From IMG/VR virus record IMGVR_UViG_3300007960_000057, positions 1 through 39,079 of that record: 39,079 bases of DNA. One strand, 5' to 3'. The notes beneath the pieces are model-generated. The model did no database searches and was not told the origin of the DNA. It worked only from the letters and a program-made list of their open reading frames with translations. The translations under genes and the position numbers were made by a program. Each line of letters starts with the position of its first letter. Positions within the stretch are counted from its first letter, which is position 1. Origin of the DNA: a virus. Its lineage: Duplodnaviria > Caudoviricetes. Below, in pieces: positions 34,180 to 39,079 of the stretch.

Positions 34180-35417
34180 CGCCTGCCCCATTTGAGTGGT
34201 GCTGAAAGCGGTGCGTTGATTGGGTAGCGCTGGTGTATGAAGTAACCGCTTGAGTCCACCCAGTCATCGATTGCCGGATGGTCGTTAAACTTCTCAGGCT
34301 CTCCGCGCTCAGTGTAGCCTTGCACCTCTAAAGCGTTTGCCAGATTGGGGCATCTGTCGCTGTTAATCTCGATTCGGCCATGCGCAAAGAGTGCGTTAAA
34401 TGCGTTGACGCGGTCGCGTATAGCTGGGTTCATACTTGGTGCGTCAACTGAGTAACCAGCACGCTCAATCATCTTGATGTCGGACTCTGCCGCATTGGTG
34501 CGACTTGCTCCGCCTGATGCGTCTGGATAGATGGTTATTTTGTGACCTGCGTAGCGTGTCAGGTTGTTGATAAAATCCTGCGTGTCATGACTGACAAACT
34601 CATCAACTGCCTTTGGTTTGTTATCTTCAATAACCCATGTAGTCGCACAACAGCCGCCAACGTTAAAGTCGATTGAAACGTGCAGCCAATCACCTTGCTG
34701 GATTGTGCGCGGCGTATAGTGCCGCTGGCGGTTGTAGAAGTGGTAGACCTTCTTATCGTTTAGGCTGACAAACTCGCCGTTGATGTATAGGTCAGCGAGA
34801 ATTGGGTCGTAGTTGGCGCGGATTTGGTCAACGTAGCCATCCGGCAAAAACGGGTTGCTCGTCGTGGGAGCCTTGATTAGGCGGTAGCCTTTCTGCTGCT
34901 TCTTAACCCACTTTTCGTACACAAAGCCGTTTATGCCTTGGTCTGGTGTCGTTACCACCGCAACACTGTTTGGTCTTGCTCGTTTTTGGCGTACGCGCTC
35001 GGATATTTTACGCCACACTAATTCGGCTTGGTCTTTCTTGAGCGTGTCTATTTCGTCAACGATGGCGTGGGCAATCTCAAACGATACAATGCGCGTCGGG
35101 TTGTCGTAGCTGCGAAAGATGATGAAGCCGTAACCAGCCACATCAATTCTAAACTCTGATTTGTTGATGGTGTACTGAGCGCCGACCATCTGCAAATCTT
35201 CTTCGACGCCTGGCATAGCTCGAAGTTTTAAAAGGTCGTATGTTGGCAGAAATACGCCGATATTTGCGCCAGGGTCGGACAGTAAAAGCGCGACCGCTCT
35301 CATGGTTCCTGCGCGTGTCTTTCCGCTGCCCAGCCCACCGACAATACCTGGATGCGCATCCATTGATGCGACAAACTCAAGCTGCGGCTCAGTCAATGCA
35401 ATATCAATCGACGGCAT
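34176..35417 (-). CDS. terL: Terminase large subunit
   Basis: Walker A GGLGSGKT, Walker B AIVDE, coupling motif TTP, RNase H-like IDFN...D...DS.GY. Confidence 0.95.
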   Translation of the reverse strand: MPSIDIALTEPQLEFVASMDAHPGIVGGLGSGKTRAGTMRAVALLLSDPGANIGVFLPTYDLLKLRAMPGVEEDLQMVGAQYTINKSEFRIDVAGYGFIIFRSYDNPTRIVSFEIAHAIVDEIDTLKKDQAELVWRKISERVRQKRARPNSVAVVTTPDQGINGFVYEKWVKKQQKGYRLIKAPTTSNPFLPDGYVDQIRANYDPILADLYINGEFVSLNDKKVYHFYNRQRHYTPRTIQQGDWLHVSIDFNVGGCCATTWVIEDNKPKAVDEFVSHDTQDFINNLTRYAGHKITIYPDASGGASRTNAAESDIKMIERAGYSVDAPSMNPAIRDRVNAFNALFAHGRIEINSDRCPNLANALEVQGYTERGEPEKFNDHPAIDDWVDSSGYFIHQRYPINAPLSAPLKWGRR

Positions 35418-35811
35418 CTGGTTTCTTGGCGGTGACGAAGTTAATCACAACAGGCTCTGATGATTTGGCTTCTTTCTTCTCGCGGTCAAATCCAAGAAGT
35501 TTCGCCTTACCCATTGTTGCAGCAACAGCCGCTGATGATTGCGGAGTTTCGGCAGACAGGGCGGCTTTTCGCGCTTCTTCAAGCTCTCTAAGAATATCTG
35601 AAAGCGTGATTCCGTGGTTTGCTTTCACGGCTTCGCGTATCTCTTCAACCCTTAGGGTTATATTAGCCTCAGTAAGAAGCCTTGACGCACTAACAGCAAC
35701 AGACTCTTGCTTTGCTGTTGAGTTATACGCTTGTCGATACGCTTCGCTTGCATTGCCAAGCTGCACGTATAATTGACAGAATTTCTCCTGTTTGGGTGTT
35801 AGTTCAGCCAC
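35404..35811 (-). CDS. terS: Terminase small subunit
   Basis: LTPKQEKFCQLY...NASEAYRQAY...ASRLL; likely GTG start at 35811 after a GAGGAAGG RBS (the ORF extends to 35838). Confidence 0.92.
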   Translation of the reverse strand: MAELTPKQEKFCQLYVQLGNASEAYRQAYNSTAKQESVAVSASRLLTEANITLRVEEIREAVKANHGITLSDILRELEEARKAALSAETPQSSAAVAATMGKAKLLGFDREKKEAKSSEPVVINFVTAKKPDAVD

Positions 35812-35848
35812 CGGCCTTCCTCTCTTTGTCGGTACCACCGATTGAGCG

Positions 35849-35883
35849 AGTATAAGACAAAAAAGCCGCTATTTCTAGCGGCT
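35849..35883 (-). terminator. Terminator ending the early-left operon, immediately followed by a -10 element (putative late promoter)
   Basis: Minus strand AGCCGCTA-GAAA-TAGCGGCT-TTTTT, then TATACT at 35854-35849. Confidence 0.8.
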
Positions 35884-35988
35884 CATCTCATACTGCTGAT
35901 GCCTATCCAGCGCCTGACAAACCAACTCAACAAACGCGAGTGCGGAGGCGGTGAGTAGGAGGATAACAAAGGCTTTAGCTAGCCACAC
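35875..35988 (-). CDS. Possible small membrane peptide (37 aa)
   Basis: GTG start, MWLAKAFVILLLTASALAFVELVCQALDRHQQYEMSR; fills the gap before the terminator; weak RBS. Confidence 0.35.
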   Translation of the reverse strand: MWLAKAFVILLLTASALAFVELVCQALDRHQQYEMSR

Positions 35989-36157
35989 GCACAAACTCAG
36001 CGCACAGTTTAATAACTTGCTCCGCATTGATTTTCTCCTGATTGTCGAACCAGTATTCTTCTAACGCATCATACGCATTAAAGCTTGTGCGCGTGTCGGT
36101 CTTTGTCGTGCCGTCTGCGTTGGTTTCGGTGATTTTGTATAAATTCAGTCCGCTCAT
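35975..36157 (-). CDS. Hypothetical protein
   Basis: 60 aa; GGAGG RBS; ATGA overlap. Confidence 0.7.
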   Translation of the reverse strand: MSGLNLYKITETNADGTTKTDTRTSFNAYDALEEYWFDNQEKINAEQVIKLCAEFVRVAS

Positions 36158-36621
36158 TGGTAAACCTCCTCATAATCCATCAGCGCCGTTAGCTTATCAA
36201 CAAGCGCCGCCTCGGTTGTTTCGTCTTGATATGCTGGCGGTACTGGTAGTGCAATCCATCCGGCATCAACCACAGCTGCTTTGCAGTTGCGAATCATAGC
36301 GGAGTGCTCCTTGTGCAGCCATTCAACTAAATCACAATGTCGATAAGGTGCTGCCAGTCGTTGCCAATCGGTGATAACCTTGCGCTTTCCGTTGGCATCT
36401 TGCGCGTACACGATAAGCATTATCGCCCACTTGTAAGCGCAACGGTCTAGTGCTTGCGCAACAGATTGACCGATTTTAATTGGCTTGCCCGTCTCGTACT
36501 TGCGAAGCTCAACGCCTTTTTCGTGCCAGCTTTGCACCATCGATAACGCCAAGTCTTTCACAGCAATTTGGCATTGCGTGATTAAGCGCTTGGTTGGGTT
36601 GTGGGGCTTGCGTTTACTCAT
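36154..36621 (-). CDS. Hypothetical protein
   Basis: ATG 36621 (MSKRKPHNP) with GGAG RBS; overlaps the upstream stop. Confidence 0.75.
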   Translation of the reverse strand: MSKRKPHNPTKRLITQCQIAVKDLALSMVQSWHEKGVELRKYETGKPIKIGQSVAQALDRCAYKWAIMLIVYAQDANGKRKVITDWQRLAAPYRHCDLVEWLHKEHSAMIRNCKAAVVDAGWIALPVPPAYQDETTEAALVDKLTALMDYEEVYQ

Positions 36622-36964
36622 TTGCCAACAACTCCGCCCACAGCGCCATGTAATTAACGCCATCCACAGCGCTATCCAAGTGAAAGCCCTCTGTCGCATT
36701 CTGCCGCACAATTTTAAGCATCACCAACATCAGACAAACATCAGCGCCGCTAATGGCTTTTCCTGTCACGGCATTAAACGCCTCTGCGACTTGGTTAAAA
36801 GAAAGCTCTTTCTTGCCGTTTGGATCGTACTGCCTAGCACGCTCAGAAAGCGTTTTAAGCCCTTCTGACAAAAAGTCTGCCGCTGATACTGGTTGGCGGA
36901 GTTCGTCGCTTGTGGTGCGTTCTGGTGCGTTTGGGTTGTAGATAATTTCTTTATGGTCAGCCAT
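36614..36964 (-). CDS. DUF6378-like helical protein
   Basis: ER..QYD, SF..VA.AFN, M..LK..R, H.DS..D...Y.AL motifs; AATAACGGAGG leader. Confidence 0.75.
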   Translation of the reverse strand: MADHKEIIYNPNAPERTTSDELRQPVSAADFLSEGLKTLSERARQYDPNGKKELSFNQVAEAFNAVTGKAISGADVCLMLVMLKIVRQNATEGFHLDSAVDGVNYMALWAELLANE

Positions 36965-37108
36965 TTTTAACCTCCGTTATTGATAATATATCTTTGTTGA
37001 CTCTTCTTTTTTTAAATTCACCGCTAGCTATCCTTGATAGAACTGATTGGCTTCTTTTTGTTCTTCTTGCATAATCGCTTAACGAGTAAACAATCTCGCA
37101 TCTTGTCG

Positions 37109-37309
37109 TTACTCATCATCACTCTCCACCATAACAGCGCCAACAATGACGCCTTGCTTGTTTTCGTCGAGCGGCTTTAAACCTGCTGCGACCCTGTTTT
37201 CATTCCATCTTGCAACTGTCTCAATCGCCTTGCGCATATCGCGCTCAGTTATTGAATCGTGCCCTGCATGATATGCAATCGCTTCTGCTACCGATTCAGT
37301 CAGCGTCAT
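37109..37309 (-). CDS. Hypothetical protein
   Basis: ATG 37309 (MTLTESV) with an upstream AGGAG/GGA RBS. Confidence 0.65.
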   Translation of the reverse strand: MTLTESVAEAIAYHAGHDSITERDMRKAIETVARWNENRVAAGLKPLDENKQGVIVGAVMVESDDE

Positions 37310-37424
37310 TTGATTCCATCTCCTTGCGTTGTTTCGTATGCCTGTCAAACTCCTGCTGCGGACTAAGACCGCCGAAAAACTCAGCGTGTCGCTGGCGTTC
37401 GGTTTCCCATTGTTCGTCGGTCAT
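37296..37424 (-). CDS. Hypothetical protein (42 aa)
   Basis: MTDEQWETERQRHAEFFGG...; GAGG RBS, ATGA overlap; fills the gap. Confidence 0.55.
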   Translation of the reverse strand: MTDEQWETERQRHAEFFGGLSPQQEFDRHTKQRKEMESNDAD

Positions 37425-37660
37425 TTGTTACCTCGATAAGCGGAAAGCGCTGCCTTGGCCGCTCTAATGCTGTCGTTATGGGCGCCAAACGATGATGTGA
37501 AATTAATTAGCGACTCCAACGCATCCGCCAGCGCGTCAACGTGGTTGATGGCGTGTGCAATAGCTGATTCTTCATTTGTGTCTGTCATTCCAGACCTGAT
37601 TGTTCCGCTCAGATTTTCACCTGTAATCGGCAACGCAAAAACTTCATTCATCCGTCTCAT
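37421..37660 (-). CDS. Hypothetical protein
   Basis: HAIN.VD.L.DALE...A.AAL motif typical of phage early proteins; GGAGG RBS. Confidence 0.72.
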   Translation of the reverse strand: MRRMNEVFALPITGENLSGTIRSGMTDTNEESAIAHAINHVDALADALESLINFTSSFGAHNDSIRAAKAALSAYRGNK

Positions 37661-37908
37661 TTCAACTCCTCCACCTTCTTATCAATAACCGCCTTACAAA
37701 TCACCTCACGCACCATGTAGCGCAGCTTGGCATCCTTGGCATCCAGCACCAGCTCGCAAAACTGCACAAACTGCGCGTCTGTCAGGATTGCCAAATACTC
37801 CGCCAGCTGCTCTGGCTCAATCTCCACTGTGTCGCGGCGTGCGTCGAGGTCGGCTGCTGCATCGGCGGCGTGATCGTGTAGAAAAACGCTATCGTAAAAA
37901 CTGCTCAT
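37657..37908 (-). CDS. Hypothetical protein
   Basis: ATG 37908, 2 nt after the upstream stop; tightly packed operon. Confidence 0.65.
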   Translation of the reverse strand: MSSFYDSVFLHDHAADAAADLDARRDTVEIEPEQLAEYLAILTDAQFVQFCELVLDAKDAKLRYMVREVICKAVIDKKVEELK

Positions 37909-37910
37909 GG

Positions 37911-38171
37911 TTAGCACCCCGAAATAGCGGCCATAACGCCACGCTTGCGATAAAAGAAAGCGATACCGCCCTCTGTTGGCTCCCTGTCAGCATCCAGCAC
38001 GCGCTCAGCTTTGCGCTTGGTGCGCTCAACGCCGATGGCGTACGCCATATTGCAAACAGCCTCGAACTCGTGTGTGTCAATCAGTCTGTCGCGGTAATGC
38101 GCAACAGTGGTTTGGTCAGCAAGGATTGCGCTCGCCAGCGCCATTCCTGCCAAGATTAGTTTTTTGTTCAT
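37911..38171 (-). CDS. Hypothetical protein with signal-peptide-like N-terminus
   Basis: MNKKLILAGMALASAILA; GGAG RBS; ATGA overlap. Confidence 0.65.
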   Translation of the reverse strand: MNKKLILAGMALASAILADQTTVAHYRDRLIDTHEFEAVCNMAYAIGVERTKRKAERVLDADREPTEGGIAFFYRKRGVMAAISGC

Positions 38172-38398
38172 TTTGTGCGCTCCAGTTCTGCGAGTAGTGC
38201 GTCTGCTAATGCCACTGAAACTCCAGACAGTATTGAATTGTCAGCACCTGTTGGCCCTATGTTTAGCTTGACTGTGGAATTTGCAAGCAGCCCCTGCATC
38301 GCAGCCATAGCAAACATTTCGCGTTTGGTTAGGCCGCTGTAGCGCGCGGCTCCGTCAACTGGTGCCGCTGGTTTGTCGCCGTTTTCTTTAATCATCAT
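38168..38398 (-). CDS. Conserved phage hypothetical protein
   Basis: GLTKREMFAMAAMQGLLAN...ADALL motif; GGAGG RBS; first gene behind the boxed promoter. Confidence 0.82.
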   Translation of the reverse strand: MMIKENGDKPAAPVDGAARYSGLTKREMFAMAAMQGLLANSTVKLNIGPTGADNSILSGVSVALADALLAELERTK

Positions 38399-38401
38399 TT
38401 A

Positions 38402-38464
38402 CCTCCATCGTTATCAACACGCACACTATAGCGCGGTTTTTCGCTGGCACTGCTCCGACCAGTG
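38402..38464 (-). promoter_or_regulatory. FadR/GntR-like box + 17 nt + TATAGT + leader (copy 4)
   Basis: Plus-strand CACTGCTCCGACCAGTG (38448-38464), 17 nt, -10 at 38430-38425, AACGATGGAGG leader (38412-38402). Confidence 0.7.
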
Positions 38465-38469
38465 GTACA

Positions 38470-38769
38470 CCTGAGACAAACTCAGGTTTAAAAAACACTT
38501 GGGACAGACTTTTATCATTTAAACTCAACAACTTACATCACTTTTTTTGAAGTTGTCTCAGGAAAATGCGCCAACTGCACTTTGTGCGTTTTCCAGAAAT
38601 TCTTTATATACGTATTATTTTTACCCTTATATATTCTCTTATGTGTACTAATTTAATATATACCTGAGACATTGAGACAGAGTATATAAATAAAAGGAAA
38701 ATCAATAACTTAACTTGTCTCAGGCTCAAATATAACGCTTGGGACGTCTCAGGTTTAAACCTGAGACAA
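38470..38769. repeat. Putative replication origin: CCTGAGACA iterons in both orientations around an AT-rich core
   Basis: Copies at 38470(+), 38553(-), 38663(+), 38673(+, partial), 38715(-), 38746(-), 38760(+); perfect 22-bp palindrome 38746-38767; AT-rich core ~38597-38714; IHF-like AATCAATAACTTA at 38700-38712. Confidence 0.75.
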
Positions 38770-38793
38770 AAAGAAAAGCCCCTTTCGGGGCTT
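38768..38793 (-). terminator. Intrinsic terminator after the primase-helicase gene
   Basis: Minus strand AAGCCCC-GAAA-GGGGCTT followed by TTCTTTTT, 3 nt after the stop. Confidence 0.85.
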
Positions 38794-38796
38794 CGG

Positions 38797-39079
38797 TCAG
38801 AATGGAACTGGTTTGAAGTTGACGGCCTTTTCTTTGTCGTCCTTGCAGTAGATGGAATGGTTTTTCCTGTCGTCGTCCTTATACCTTCCGATGTTGTGAT
38901 AACCCATTTGCAGCATAATGTTTGCCAATCGACCAGCTTTCGGAAAGTCTTTGTACTCATTTCCGAAGGTTAAGCTCTCGGCAATTTTCCTCTGCAACTT
39001 GGTCACATTGACAACGTGGCTAGAAATATCTTCACACTCGAACTCGGCCAAAGCATCTTCGACCAGCAGATAGTCGGCA
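38797..39079 (-). CDS. 3' end of the primase-helicase gene (continuation of 1-2117 across the junction)
   Basis: Same frame as ATG 2117 after removing the 123-bp overlap; ends ...VNFKPVPF-stop. Confidence 0.88.
   Translation of the reverse strand, partial: ADYLLVEDALAEFECEDISSHVVNVTKLQRKIAESLTFGNEYKDFPKAGRLANIMLQMGYHNIGRYKDDDRKNHSIYCKDDKEKAVNFKPVPF
38957..39079. repeat. Terminal direct repeat, identical to 1-123
   Basis: Exact 123-bp match to the window start. Confidence 0.97.

Noticed and set aside
35884-35974. Anti-Shine-Dalgarno small RNA (minus-strand TTATCCTCC is complementary to GGAGGATAA at 8601-8609)
   Set aside because: Only a 9-nt match, and the pyrimidine-rich tract is explained by a hydrophobic 37-codon ORF (35875-35988); no dedicated promoter seen.
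38470-38769. CCTGAGACA repeats as a mini-CRISPR array or transposon ends
   Set aside because: Repeats are only 8-10 bp, in both orientations and irregularly spaced, with no transposase; an origin fits better.
38604-38960. 118-aa minus-strand ORF
   Set aside because: Out of frame within the primase 3' end, and it runs through a terminator and the AT-rich repeat region.
1-39079. tRNA genes, introns, inteins, diversity-generating retroelement
   Set aside because: No cloverleaf, reverse transcriptase or template/variable repeat pair seen by eye; polymerase, terminase and helicase are uninterrupted. A tRNAscan/Infernal run would be needed to exclude small RNAs formally.

Overview
The window is an apparently complete, circularly assembled tailed dsDNA phage genome with a siphovirus-type gene set. 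The unit length is 38,956 bp plus a 123-bp terminal overlap that splits the primase-helicase gene. No integrase or CI-type repressor is seen, so it is probably lytic. The host is most likely a Gram-negative gammaproteobacterium (inference from sigma70 promoters, an IHF-like site, FadR-like boxes and a T5-type M15 endolysin). Layout: (i) a replication module with leftward Cro-like HTH and PrimPol-PriCT2-SF3 helicase, and rightward DUF2800 nuclease, DUF2815 SSB, family-B DNA polymerase, VRR-NUC, HNH and SNF2 helicase; (ii) an AT-rich moron encoding a GREB1/TAGT-like DNA glycosyltransferase with no partner base-modifying enzyme; (iii) early HTH genes; (iv) a long minus-strand late region (terminase, head, tail with a -1 frameshift, tailspike, endolysin/holin, an extra appendage-like module); (v) early left genes and an iteron-rich putative origin. 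The most notable signals are: four 17-bp FadR/GntR-type boxes, three placed exactly 17 bp upstream of a -10 element at promoters lacking a -35, suggesting host-metabolite-gated phage promoters; the orphan glycosyltransferase; and an HNH cassette with an RBS-occluding hairpin that replaced the helicase 5' end. All family assignments are from motif recognition, not database searches.
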